A DNA stretch of 40,189 nucleotides from Williamwhitmania sp. (GCA_035529935.1 DATKVT010000048.1:1-40189), one strand, 5' to 3'. Positions 9,385 through 18,453 are shown, counted from the first letter of the stretch. Numbers and translations: made by a program. The notes: a model not told the origin generated them from the letters alone.

Positions 9385-10389
9385 TTGACCCCGATGGTAG
9401 ACGATCAACTCATACATCGCATTTTTAACCTTGAGAAAAACCACGTTGATTTTGATCAACTTGTGCTGAATATCTTCAAGTTTCAGGCAGAGTATGTTGA
9501 AGTTTATCGGGAATATGTGAATCATCTTGGGATAAATCCGCACAATGTTAAACAGGTCGAAATGATTCCATTTTTACCCGTTGAGTTCTTCAAAACAAAG
9601 GAAGTAATTGCCCAGGGCAAAACGCCAGAGGTTGTATTCTCAAGCAGCGGTACCACCGGAATGGTTCGCAGCCACCATTATGTTGCTAGTAGCGCTATAT
9701 ATAGCCAAAGCTTTATTGCTGCATTCAAAAAATTTTATGGGAATCCCAACGAATACTGCATTCTTGCGCTGCTACCTTCATACCTAGAACGCGAAGGATC
9801 GTCGCTGGTGTATATGGTTGATGAGCTCATTAAGCAAACCGGTCATCCCGACTCCGGCTTTTATCTTCACAACCTCGACGACCTAGCAGTCAAGCTGCAG
9901 CGGCTTGATGATTCCGGTCAAAAGGTTCTACTTATAGGCGTTTCCTTTGCCCTCCTCGACCTGATTGAACAGCATCAGCTGCACCTTAACCACACCGTTG
10001 TGATGGAAACTGGTGGTATGAAAGGAACTCGACGTGAACTTCCACGGGAGGAGCTTCATCAGGTGCTTTGCGATGGACTTGGCGTTTCATCTATTCATTC
10101 AGAATACGGAATGACTGAATTGCTTTCACAAGGTTACTCGTCTGGAAGTGGACTTTTTAAGACTCCCGCATGGATGAAGGTTATAATCAGAGATACCAAC
10201 GACCCCTTTTCATTTGTCGCAGCAGGACAGACTGGTGGCATTAACATTATCGATCTTGCCAACCTTTACTCCTGCTCTTTCTTGGAACTTAAAGACCTTG
10301 GGAAAGTTCATCCAACCGGAGAATTCGAAGTTCTTGGCCGCTTCGACACCAGCGATATTCGGGGCTGTAATTTGCTGTTAAACGAGTAA
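9385..10389 (+). CDS. LuxE-family acyl-protein synthetase / adenylate-forming enzyme (PaaK/F390-synthetase-like)
   Basis: 'FSSSGTTG' AMP-binding P-loop-like motif, 'ETGGMKG', 'SEYGMTE' motifs of the LuxE/PaaK adenylating fold; 334 aa. The reported start is TTG at 9385; an ATG occurs at 9394. Confidence 0.55.
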   Translation: MTPMVDDQLIHRIFNLEKNHVDFDQLVLNIFKFQAEYVEVYREYVNHLGINPHNVKQVEMIPFLPVEFFKTKEVIAQGKTPEVVFSSSGTTGMVRSHHYVASSAIYSQSFIAAFKKFYGNPNEYCILALLPSYLEREGSSLVYMVDELIKQTGHPDSGFYLHNLDDLAVKLQRLDDSGQKVLLIGVSFALLDLIEQHQLHLNHTVVMETGGMKGTRRELPREELHQVLCDGLGVSSIHSEYGMTELLSQGYSSGSGLFKTPAWMKVIIRDTNDPFSFVAAGQTGGINIIDLANLYSCSFLELKDLGKVHPTGEFEVLGRFDTSDIRGCNLLLNE

Positions 10390-10524
10390 TGCCAGCATGA
10401 TTTCCTGATTAATTTCCTCCCTATAAAGATTAATTTTTTTATTCCTGAGCCGCTTTTTGTATGAATGGTTGGTGAAAAATTGGGGAATATTCTTAATTTC
10501 ACCTAAAATTAATTCTCCGCTGCA

Positions 10525-11115
10525 ATGGAAAGTTTTGGATCGTGGTGGCAAGGGTTGGAGGTGATATCCAAAATATATTGGCTGATAACCTTACCCTTTT
10601 CCCTTTTATTCGTTATCGAATTAGTGATGTCTTTTCTAGGCGCAGGGTCCGATTCAGGCGGTTTTGATGCCACCGGCAACCTCGATACTACAACTGATCT
10701 TGACGACGGAATTTCGTTCCAGCTAGTAACGCTTAAAAACCTAATTGCATTTTTTACAGTTTTTGGGTGGAGTGGCCTTGCCTGCATCGACAGCCATTTG
10801 GGTTTGGCTTCCATCATCACCATCTCTTTCATCAGTGGATTCCTGATGATGGTAATCATGGCCAGCATATACTATTTCATGGGAAGGCTAGCCGAATCAG
10901 GCAATCTTGAAATTAATCGTGCCATTGGGGAAAAGGCAAGTGTATACCTCTTTATTCCTCCCAAAAGGCAGGGGGTAGGGAAAATTCAAATAAAGCTCCA
11001 AGGTTTGCGGACTCTTGACGCCATGACCGATGACGATATGACCATCCCAACTGGATCGTTGGTGGAGGTGGTTGGCATCCTTACAAATGAAATTTTACTT
11101 GTCAAAAAAATATAA
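10525..11115 (+). CDS. NfeD-like membrane protein (YuaF/YqiJ-type partner of flotillin)
   Basis: Several N-terminal TM segments followed by a C-terminal soluble (OB-fold-like) region ('GVGKIQIKLQG...VEVVGI'). It sits immediately upstream of a flotillin gene, as in the yuaF-floT / yqiJ-yqiK operons. Confidence 0.55.
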   Translation: MESFGSWWQGLEVISKIYWLITLPFSLLFVIELVMSFLGAGSDSGGFDATGNLDTTTDLDDGISFQLVTLKNLIAFFTVFGWSGLACIDSHLGLASIITISFISGFLMMVIMASIYYFMGRLAESGNLEINRAIGEKASVYLFIPPKRQGVGKIQIKLQGLRTLDAMTDDDMTIPTGSLVEVVGILTNEILLVKKI

Positions 11116-11121
11116 AAAATT

Positions 11122-12543
11122 ATGAGTCAGTATCTTGTTATTGCAGTAATAGCAGCGGTAGTTGTTATTTTTATGCTCCTTGTATCGCTTTTCAAACGAT
11201 ACAAACGATGTCCTTCCGACAGAATTTTAGTTGTTTACGGAAAGGTTGGTCGTGGCATATCGGACGAGGCCCGTTCTGCCAAGTGTGTTCATGGTGGAGC
11301 CGCCTTTATTTGGCCAGTAATACAGGACTATGCCTTTCTAAACCTCACTCCTCTCTCAATTGAAATTAATTTGACCAGTGCGTTGAGTCAGCAGAATATT
11401 CGTGTGGACGTTCCTTCCCGTTTTACAGTTGGTATCTCCACCGAACCGGGTATAATGGATAATGCTGCTGAACGTTTGCTAGGGCAGAGCCAGGACGATA
11501 TTAGCAACCTAGCCAAGGATATTATTTTTGGTCAACTGAGGTTGGTTGTGGCCACCATGGAGATTGAGGAAATTAACAGTAATCGTGATAAGTTCCTCGC
11601 CGCAGTTTCGTCCAACGTGGAGGCTGAGCTGAAGAAAATTGGTTTAAAACTCATCAACGTTAACGTAACCGATATTAACGATGAGTCGGGATACATTGAG
11701 GCGCTTGGTAAGGAGGCTGCTGCTAAGGCCATTAACGACGCCAAAAAAAGTGTTGCCGAAAAGAATCGCGATGGTTCAATTGGTGAGGCCAATGCCATGC
11801 GCGACCAGCGCGTTCAAGTTTCCAGCGCCGATGCTACCGCGGTAGAAGGAGAAAATAGAGCCAAAATAACCATTGCCAACTCTAACTCCACCCGTCGTGA
11901 AAACGAAGCTGAGGCTGAACGTAAAGCAACAGCAGCCGAAAAGGTTGCCAAGGCAAAAGCACTTGAAGAGGCCTACGCTGCAGAAAAACTTGCCGAATCC
12001 TCTCGTGCCAACCGCGATCAGGCAACCCAAAATGCCGATATCATTATTCCTACCCAAATCAATAAAGAAAAAATCGAGATTGATGCCGAGGCTATTGCCG
12101 AACAAACACGTCGTCAGGCACGCGGGGAGGCCGATGCAATATTTATGAAGATGGAGGCACAGGCAAAGGGTATGCTCGAAATTCTAAGCAAACAGGCAGA
12201 AGGTTTTGAACGGTTGAGCAAGGCTGCCGGAAACTCCAAGGATGCCGTAATGATGATGATTGCCGACAAGCTGCCCGAGTTGGTTAAGACACAGGTTGAA
12301 GCCATCAAAAATCTTAAAATCGATAAGGTTACTGTTTGGGACAACCTTTCTGCCGGGAAAGATGGAAAATCGCCAGCAACTGCAAACTTCCTTTCCGGAA
12401 TGTTGGGTGCAATTCCCCCGTTTGAGGAGCTGTTTAAGATGGCCGGAATGGAGTTGCCAAGCTACCTAAAGGGGAAAACCATAGAGGAGGGAAAATCTGA
12501 GGTAATCGCTGAAGAGCCCAAACCCCAAGAGCCGAAAAAATAG
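11122..12543 (+). CDS. Flotillin-family SPFH/band-7 protein (FloT/YqiK-like)
   Basis: N-terminal TM, SPFH domain, then an extended Ala/Glu-rich (EA-repeat) coiled-coil region ('AEAERKATAAEKVAKAKALEEAYAAEKLAE') typical of flotillins; 473 aa. Confidence 0.8.
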   Translation: MSQYLVIAVIAAVVVIFMLLVSLFKRYKRCPSDRILVVYGKVGRGISDEARSAKCVHGGAAFIWPVIQDYAFLNLTPLSIEINLTSALSQQNIRVDVPSRFTVGISTEPGIMDNAAERLLGQSQDDISNLAKDIIFGQLRLVVATMEIEEINSNRDKFLAAVSSNVEAELKKIGLKLINVNVTDINDESGYIEALGKEAAAKAINDAKKSVAEKNRDGSIGEANAMRDQRVQVSSADATAVEGENRAKITIANSNSTRRENEAEAERKATAAEKVAKAKALEEAYAAEKLAESSRANRDQATQNADIIIPTQINKEKIEIDAEAIAEQTRRQARGEADAIFMKMEAQAKGMLEILSKQAEGFERLSKAAGNSKDAVMMMIADKLPELVKTQVEAIKNLKIDKVTVWDNLSAGKDGKSPATANFLSGMLGAIPPFEELFKMAGMELPSYLKGKTIEEGKSEVIAEEPKPQEPKK

Positions 12544-12566
12544 GTATTCTACTATCTAAGTAGCTT

Positions 12567-12649
12567 AAAAATCAGGCTACCTTTCCAAAATAAACTCTTG
12601 CTTTCATAACGTGAAAAGCACAAGAGGTTGGAGAGGTAGCCTGATTTTT
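12567..12649. terminator. Long nested inverted repeat / bidirectional terminator between convergent genes
   Basis: 15-nt arms AAAAATCAGGCTACC ... GGTAGCCTGATTTTT enclose an inner hairpin (CTCTTGCTTT ... AAAGCACAAGAG). The A-run / T-run flanks give terminator potential in both orientations. Confidence 0.5.
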
Positions 12650-12675
12650 GTACCTATGTAAGGTGTATTAAACTT

Positions 12676-13692
12676 TTAATTCCCGTAATAGCTGGATAGC
12701 CTTTTCTTAAATACGCGATCGTTGGCTTCGTTAATTGCCTTCACAAATGCAGCAATACGGGCCTTCCGCCCATTGATCTCCTCCTGACTGATGGAGTCTG
12801 CATCCCTAAACACAATCTGCTCCACCTTGTAACCTTCAGAATTCAAGGTCATGGCAACTGCAGCATTTAGGTCGTCGAAAATAATTACGGATGGAAGGCT
12901 GTTGGCCGAGTATTGGTATATGGCCGTTAGCACTTTGGCTTTGATGTACTTAATCTGATCTGCCCCAAGGTATTTGGCTCCAAGGAGAAGACGTATTAGA
13001 TCGATCTTTGCTACACTTTTTTTGTCGCCATCAGCCTTTAACTTTTCGTACTCCTTCTGGTCGGTGGACAGGAATAACTCACGAAAATCGGCCGGAAGCA
13101 GCATAATATCGCGGTGCTCATTTTTCTTCTGCTGCGTTTTAAACTCCTTTTGCGCCAATTTTTGATTGGAAGGGATATAGTCGGACCACTTACGTGTCCG
13201 CCGAAATGATTCGGTCATTGGCCTCGGTTTCCAGGAGGTTACCGGCCGCTTCATAATTGGATCTTCAAGGTTTAAATGCCCCGATTCCAAACCATACATC
13301 ATACAGTTAATAAAGTGAATGTAGCTACCACCAAGGCTGGCGTGCAACGCCGACCAAAGTGTCTGGTTGTTCCCTTGTCGAAGCGAATCGGTGCCGTTTT
13401 CATCCACCTGAAGTTTCTTATCCTTTAGCGCCTTTACAAAGTCCGCATCTAAAGAAACAGGATAGTAGGTAGCTTCGTTATCAGAGATGGCGTCGGTGAG
13501 TGATCCGCTATGCTGCAGGGCTTTAACATCAACTACCTGGCTAGTGTCGTTGGAGAATTTAACATGAAGCTTGTAGTCATATGTCCAACGCATCTCCTTA
13601 ACCGACTGTGCAATCAAGGGTATACTAAGGCAGATAAAAACAAGTATAATAATCAGCTTTTTCATATTCAGGAGGTTGTTTGTTTTCAACAT
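12676..13692 (-). CDS. Hypothetical exported protein (signal peptide; no family recognised)
   Basis: 338 aa. N-terminal 'MKKLIIILVFICLSIPLIAQS' is Sec signal-like (an upstream in-frame Met also exists). Lys/Glu-rich central region; no motif I can place. Confidence 0.45.
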   Translation of the reverse strand: MLKTNNLLNMKKLIIILVFICLSIPLIAQSVKEMRWTYDYKLHVKFSNDTSQVVDVKALQHSGSLTDAISDNEATYYPVSLDADFVKALKDKKLQVDENGTDSLRQGNNQTLWSALHASLGGSYIHFINCMMYGLESGHLNLEDPIMKRPVTSWKPRPMTESFRRTRKWSDYIPSNQKLAQKEFKTQQKKNEHRDIMLLPADFRELFLSTDQKEYEKLKADGDKKSVAKIDLIRLLLGAKYLGADQIKYIKAKVLTAIYQYSANSLPSVIIFDDLNAAVAMTLNSEGYKVEQIVFRDADSISQEEINGRKARIAAFVKAINEANDRVFKKRLSSYYGN

Positions 13693-13746
13693 TTACCAAA
13701 TTTAGGTAAGTAGTATGGTAATAGCAAAGGGATTCTTCAAAATGCA

Positions 13747-13775
13747 TAAAAAAAGAGGCGCATCAGCTGCGCCTC
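13747..13775 (-). terminator. Rho-independent terminator (minus strand) after the exported nitroreductase-like gene
   Basis: Perfect GAGGCGCA-(TCAGC)-TGCGCCTC hairpin with a 7-A run on the plus strand (a U-tract on the minus strand), just downstream of the minus-strand stop at 13797. Confidence 0.6.
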
Positions 13776-13796
13776 ATTCTAAAACCCCCAGCAATG

Positions 13797-14441
13797 CTAC
13801 TCTGCCGGATACCCTACGGTTTGAGCAAAAACCACATTCTTCTCCGGTGAAAGTTTTAACACCGTTTTTAACTCCTCCCGATTTACCATGCCTCTAACCA
13901 CCGTTGCCAAACCAGCAGAGGCACAGTAGAGGTAAATATTTTCGGAAATAAAGCCCGTATCCGCTCCTGAATAAAAAAACTTCATCTCCTCCGGTCGATT
14001 GGCCATTTTGGAATAGTCGGCAACATATATAAGGTTAACCGGTGCCCCTCCCACAAAATCCTGCTGTCCCGTTTTGGAACGAATATCTTCTGCCAAGACT
14101 GGAATCAAGGAATTTTGCAGGGCATCATAGCGGTATACACCGCTCTTCAATGATACATAAATCTCCACCTCCTGCCAGTTGTTGGCACTTGGAGCGGTAC
14201 GCTTCCCTGATTCTGGACGAGAAATCCCAGCACCAGCCCACAACAGGTTGGCAAGTTCTTGCATCGATAATTCCCTGTTTGAAAAAGTGCGCGTTGTTTT
14301 ACGCTCCTTTAGTATATCCATTAAAGGCCTTCCGCCGGAAGTTTGTGGCGTTGGCAATTTTAGTGTATCCATGTCCTGCGAAAAGCCTATTGTGGCAAAT
14401 ATTTGTAAGATGATTAAGAGTGCTAAATTCTTTGTCTTCAT
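13797..14441 (-). CDS. Nitroreductase-family (SagB-type dehydrogenase fold) protein with N-terminal signal peptide
   Basis: 'MKTKNLALLIILQIFATIGFSQD' signal-like N-terminus, followed by 'ERKTTRTFSNRELSMQELANLLWAGAGIS' and 'VGGAPVNLIYVADYS', characteristic of the nitroreductase/SagB fold. Start chosen at the internal Met before the signal peptide. Confidence 0.55.
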   Translation of the reverse strand: MKTKNLALLIILQIFATIGFSQDMDTLKLPTPQTSGGRPLMDILKERKTTRTFSNRELSMQELANLLWAGAGISRPESGKRTAPSANNWQEVEIYVSLKSGVYRYDALQNSLIPVLAEDIRSKTGQQDFVGGAPVNLIYVADYSKMANRPEEMKFFYSGADTGFISENIYLYCASAGLATVVRGMVNREELKTVLKLSPEKNVVFAQTVGYPAE

Positions 14442-14451
14442 GCCCAAAGAA

Positions 14452-15657
14452 CTATATCCCCAAACGTTTACGCAATGCCGAAGGTATGGCATCCTTGTGA
14501 ACCATTACTGCAATTGTGAAACGGCGGAGGTATGGTTGGCTCATGTATAGCAACCCACCGTATTTGTTAGAGTCCTTATTCCACGAATTCTTTATAATGT
14601 AAAATCGCTTCCCATCTTGATCAACAACGGTTCCTACGAGGTGCATGAGGTGATCATCGGTAAGCGTATAGTTATCAAAATCGGCCTGCCGCTCCGCTTC
14701 CGTGGCAATTTTCTCTGGAACAGGACCTTCGCCGCCATACAGAACCTTACGCTTCTCAGCGCTAGTCATGGCTGTCCATTTCGCCATTTCGAGACCAGCC
14801 ACCTCCTTTGTGCTATCATCGGGATACACTGCAATACCTTTTGAGTATTCAAAACCTGGATTTCCAACATCACCATCCCAGCAAACAGTATAACCCTTAT
14901 TTATGGCATTCTCTACCACTCCAACAAGGTCATCAAGCGGAACATTATAGTAAAGGCCGTTGCTCCAGTTATCTGGAATTTCTAACAATACTTTCTTGTT
15001 GAAGGGGTAACATGGGAACGAGGTGAGTTCAACATAATCGTCCGGATTAAAACCAAGTTTCTTAGTAAATTCAGTTGGGGTGGTCTTCTTTGAATCATAG
15101 GTGAATGAGGTTACCGGTGCCCCAAGGTAAGCATCAAGAATACCGACAAAGCCACTCTTCCACGCCGTGGACAACTTCTTGTCAGGATTTTTAACTACCG
15201 CACCTACATATGCATCGAGAACAGCATAGAGCTCAGCATGAACAGGCTTTGGCTCACCATAGTTTAGTCCAGGATAAACTGAATCTGGCACCATGCCCTT
15301 ATCCTTAATAATGTTTAATACATCATGAGCCTGACCTCCTTCTGAAAAATTTGAGGTTCCTTGTCGACGAACATATGAAACAGCCTTACGCAGGTATGCC
15401 TCGCGAACAAAAAACATTTCAGAAAGATTCAAGTCGGGTTTGCCCATCCGTAAAAGTTCCGACTCAACATACGATACCGTAGCAAAACTCCAACATGTGC
15501 CGGAGCGGTATTGATCCTTAACGGAAGTTATGGGCAACTTTTTTATGGTAGTGAAATGGTAGCCGCCTGCCGAAATAGTGTCTTGAGCGTTAATCTGGGT
15601 AAACAATCCCAGAAATAGAATCAGAAGGAATAGCCTAGTTCGAATCATAACTTGCAA
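14452..15657 (-). CDS. pepC: Aminopeptidase C / bleomycin hydrolase (C1B cysteine peptidase) with signal peptide
   Basis: 'QYRSGTCWSFA' papain-type catalytic Cys; C1B-length (401 aa); N-terminal hydrophobic signal 'RTRLFLLILFLGLFTQINAQ'. Confidence 0.85.
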   Translation of the reverse strand: MQVMIRTRLFLLILFLGLFTQINAQDTISAGGYHFTTIKKLPITSVKDQYRSGTCWSFATVSYVESELLRMGKPDLNLSEMFFVREAYLRKAVSYVRRQGTSNFSEGGQAHDVLNIIKDKGMVPDSVYPGLNYGEPKPVHAELYAVLDAYVGAVVKNPDKKLSTAWKSGFVGILDAYLGAPVTSFTYDSKKTTPTEFTKKLGFNPDDYVELTSFPCYPFNKKVLLEIPDNWSNGLYYNVPLDDLVGVVENAINKGYTVCWDGDVGNPGFEYSKGIAVYPDDSTKEVAGLEMAKWTAMTSAEKRKVLYGGEGPVPEKIATEAERQADFDNYTLTDDHLMHLVGTVVDQDGKRFYIIKNSWNKDSNKYGGLLYMSQPYLRRFTIAVMVHKDAIPSALRKRLGI

Positions 15658-16212
15658 TGTTAGTTGGTTTTGGATTAGAATGCGGTTATCCCACTAGGTT
15701 TAACCACAGGTTTGTCGAAATTTGATTGGGAATTTAAATTCACTATATTGCCCCCCAAATTAGTAAATATAGATGCGTAGGGCAAGAATTTTTTTGGCAA
15801 TTACAGCTTACATGCTGCTTATCCAAAGAAAAGTAACACACTCTTTCTTTGCATTGTTTGGTTCAAAGCCAAACAGCAGTAGGGAAAGCATGTTTACACA
15901 CCCACGGCGCAAGGGGAATAGTCCCCTACCTAGCAACATCAACAACCGATTCTATTTCCCAAGCAAAGATATTTGCAACCTTGGTCTTACCAACGGCTAC
16001 ACCGATCGGTTCCTCCTTATTTGACTTTTCGTAGTAAGTTAATCTAGAACCCAGCTAACTTAGGGTAAGGCTATTTCTATATCCTTATAGGCACTTAGAA
16101 ATACTAGTTATCAACCTTATTTTAAGCAGATTAACCTGCATTGCTTTAATTTTCAGATCTGGAGTTGAAATTTCCCTGACAACCTTAGAAACAACCAATT
16201 AATCTTAATTAT

Positions 16213-17766
16213 ATGAAGAAGTGCTTACTTTCAGTAGCAGCCTTGCTGCTTGCCGCCCCAATTTTTGCGGGAGGTATCCTTACAAACTCTAACCAAAGTG
16301 CGGCTTACATGCGTATGCTGGCACGCGATGCATCTACCTCCATTGATGCTGTATACTACAACCCAGCGGGTTTAACTAAGCTAAACGATGGATTCCATTT
16401 TTCTTTAAACAATCAGACACTTTTCTCCAAAAGAACCATTGATAATGGGTTCCCAACACTCAATGAGCACAAGTACACTGGAGATGTGACAGTTCCCTTT
16501 TTCCCAGGCATTTATGCTGCCTATAAAATGGATCGATGGGTTTTCTCATTTGGAATTAACCCAAACTCAGGTGGCGGAACGGCCAGCTACGGAAAAGGAT
16601 TACCAAGTTTTGAAATTCCAATATCTGCCATTCCTGGTGGATTATCGGCAAAGGGGATCCCAACCACTGCCTACTCCTTGGATTTATCCTTCGATGGCAG
16701 CTCTGTGTTTTGGGGATCGCAGGTTGGAGCATCCTATAAATTTAACGACATGATTAGTGCTTATGCCGGTATAAGAATGATTAATGCTATCAACACCTAT
16801 AAAGGCGACATGAAAAACATTAGCATTAATCCAACCTACCCTGGCATTAACCCGTCGGGGAATTTTATGCTCGCATCAGATTTCTTTACTCAGCTGGCAA
16901 CACTTGCAAGTGGGGCCGCAGCAAGCGTGGATCCACTAATAACACAATATAATGCTGGAGGCATGACTCTGCAAGATGCACAATCAGCGGGGCTTCTTAC
17001 TCCAACTCAAGTAGCGCAACTTTCAGGTGGCTTAGGTGCTGCCTACAACCCCGCAATGACCGTTTCTCAGGTTCAATCGGCATACCAAGCAAACGCTACG
17101 GCTTCAACTCAAAATGCTGCAGCTACCAGCGATCAGCACGTAGATGTTAGGCAAACTGGCACCGGGTTCACGCCGATGATTGGCGTGAACATTTCACCCA
17201 ACGACAAGATCAACATCGGAATAAAGTATGAGTTTAAAACGAAGCTAGAGCTCACCAACCATACAAAATCGGATGTTGTAACCAACATGTTTCCTGAAGG
17301 TGCAAAATACAGAAGCGATCTTCCTGCATTACTTACGGTTGGTATCGACTACAAAGTGCTTCCTGACCTTAAGCTGTCTGCCGGACTCCACCACTACTTT
17401 GATAAAAATGCTGACTGGGACGGAAGACAAAACTTCATTGACAAGAATCTCTATGAGCTTGCTTTCGGAATGGAGTATAACGTAACCGACAGATTTCTCC
17501 TAAGTGCTGGATACCTCTACGTTCAAACGGGTGTTGGTCAAGGTTACCAGACCGATATTAGCTACAGCCTTTCCTCCAACAGTGTTGCCTTTGGGGGTGC
17601 TTTTAAAGCCAGTGACCACTTAACACTTAACCTTGGTGTGCTTTACACACAGTACGTTCAGGGACAAAGGAGTATTGATTATCCTCAATATGGAATTACT
17701 GGAATTACTGAAACATACAACAGAAATAACATTGGCTTTGGAATCGGTTTCGATTTCAGCTTCTAG
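16213..17766 (+). CDS. Outer-membrane beta-barrel protein, FadL/TodX (OMPP1)-family-like
   Basis: Signal peptide 'MKKCLLSVAALLLAAPIFA'; N-terminal 'SAAYMRMLARDASTSIDAVYYNPAGLT' resembling the FadL N-terminal hatch region; alternating-residue beta strands; C-terminal 'GFGIGFDFSF' ending in Phe; A/Q/S/T-rich loop insert. Family assignment is from pattern only. Confidence 0.45.
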   Translation: MKKCLLSVAALLLAAPIFAGGILTNSNQSAAYMRMLARDASTSIDAVYYNPAGLTKLNDGFHFSLNNQTLFSKRTIDNGFPTLNEHKYTGDVTVPFFPGIYAAYKMDRWVFSFGINPNSGGGTASYGKGLPSFEIPISAIPGGLSAKGIPTTAYSLDLSFDGSSVFWGSQVGASYKFNDMISAYAGIRMINAINTYKGDMKNISINPTYPGINPSGNFMLASDFFTQLATLASGAAASVDPLITQYNAGGMTLQDAQSAGLLTPTQVAQLSGGLGAAYNPAMTVSQVQSAYQANATASTQNAAATSDQHVDVRQTGTGFTPMIGVNISPNDKINIGIKYEFKTKLELTNHTKSDVVTNMFPEGAKYRSDLPALLTVGIDYKVLPDLKLSAGLHHYFDKNADWDGRQNFIDKNLYELAFGMEYNVTDRFLLSAGYLYVQTGVGQGYQTDISYSLSSNSVAFGGAFKASDHLTLNLGVLYTQYVQGQRSIDYPQYGITGITETYNRNNIGFGIGFDFSF

Positions 17767-17785
17767 ATCATCAGCCAACTTGAAT

Positions 17786-17824
17786 AAAAAGAGGAGGGTT
17801 CAAAGCCCTCCTCTTTAGTTTTAT
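17786..17824. terminator. Bidirectional rho-independent terminator
   Basis: AAGAGGAGGG-(TTCAAAG)-CCCTCCTCTT perfect 10-bp stem with an A-run 5' and 'TAGTTTTAT' 3', between convergent genes. Confidence 0.6.
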
Positions 17825-17837
17825 ATCAACTTGTTGT

Positions 17838-18245
17838 CTAATGTAACTTCCTAACTTCAATATAGGAAAAAGGGAAATTAGCCATCTCCGAGAGTTCCTC
17901 ACCTGCCTCGCGCAGCTCCTCATCTTCCTCATCAAAATACCAGTTAATCACCACTGGAAATTTATTTCTATGGATTTCGTTGATGATGGAAACCATATCG
18001 AACATGAATTTCGCCGATGACGAGTTAAAATACACCAACCGAAAGTTAAACGCAATGGGTCGAGAGATGCTTGGCTTCTTCTCCACCACATCTTTTACAA
18101 ATTGTTCGAGCCAGTTTAGAATAGGCATATAGAAATCACGAACATTCTCTGGTCTAGAGTAGCCAGAGATCTCAAATTTCAATGCGTTAGGATCAAAAAA
18201 TACTTCCGGTGAAACATTTGTTCCTTTAACCTTAAACACTTCCAT
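17838..18245 (-). CDS. DUF1987 / SiaC-family protein (partner-switch-type regulatory phosphoprotein homolog)
   Basis: 135 aa. 'KGTNVSPEVFFDPNALKFEISGYSRPENVRDFYMPILNWLEQF' matches the characteristic DUF1987 N-terminal pattern (G-T-x-x-[ST]-P-E-V-x-F-D ... G-x-S-x-P-E-N). Acidic C-terminus. Confidence 0.55.
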   Translation of the reverse strand: MEVFKVKGTNVSPEVFFDPNALKFEISGYSRPENVRDFYMPILNWLEQFVKDVVEKKPSISRPIAFNFRLVYFNSSSAKFMFDMVSIINEIHRNKFPVVINWYFDEEDEELREAGEELSEMANFPFSYIEVRKLH

Positions 18246-18453
18246 TGAACTTGTTGTATTTGTCAGTTAGTAGAGGATGCAAACATAAAGGCCTAAATTT
18301 AAGAAAAAAATCTATCTATTATGCTACGACTTCCCCTTTTAAAAATTTTCACCCCGTGATCGCTGCTTACTTAAAAGGTTGATATTACAGGTGTTTGGAT
18401 ATCTTTCAACTGAAAAACATTTGCTTACATTTGTAATAATAAATAGCGGTAGA

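Noticed and set aside
15625-15645. tRNA T-arm-like 'AGTTCGAATC'
   Set aside because: It lies inside the pepC start region, and no acceptor/anticodon cloverleaf can be built around it.
15849-16034. Minus-frame peptide '...PIGVAVGKTKVANI...' in the long intergenic region, considered as a Walker-A relic
   Set aside because: The spacing is GxxxGKT, not GxxxxGKT, and there is no surrounding P-loop context.
18379-18453. N-terminal extensions of the ABC ATPase (18379), topA (22568), gldK (27207), porP (26252), the mlaE ORF (33441) and the Crp/Fnr ORF (35880)
   Set aside because: In each case an internal Met immediately precedes the conserved N-terminal motif or signal peptide, and the extension either overlaps a neighbouring gene or is hydrophobic junk. 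Starts were moved inward.
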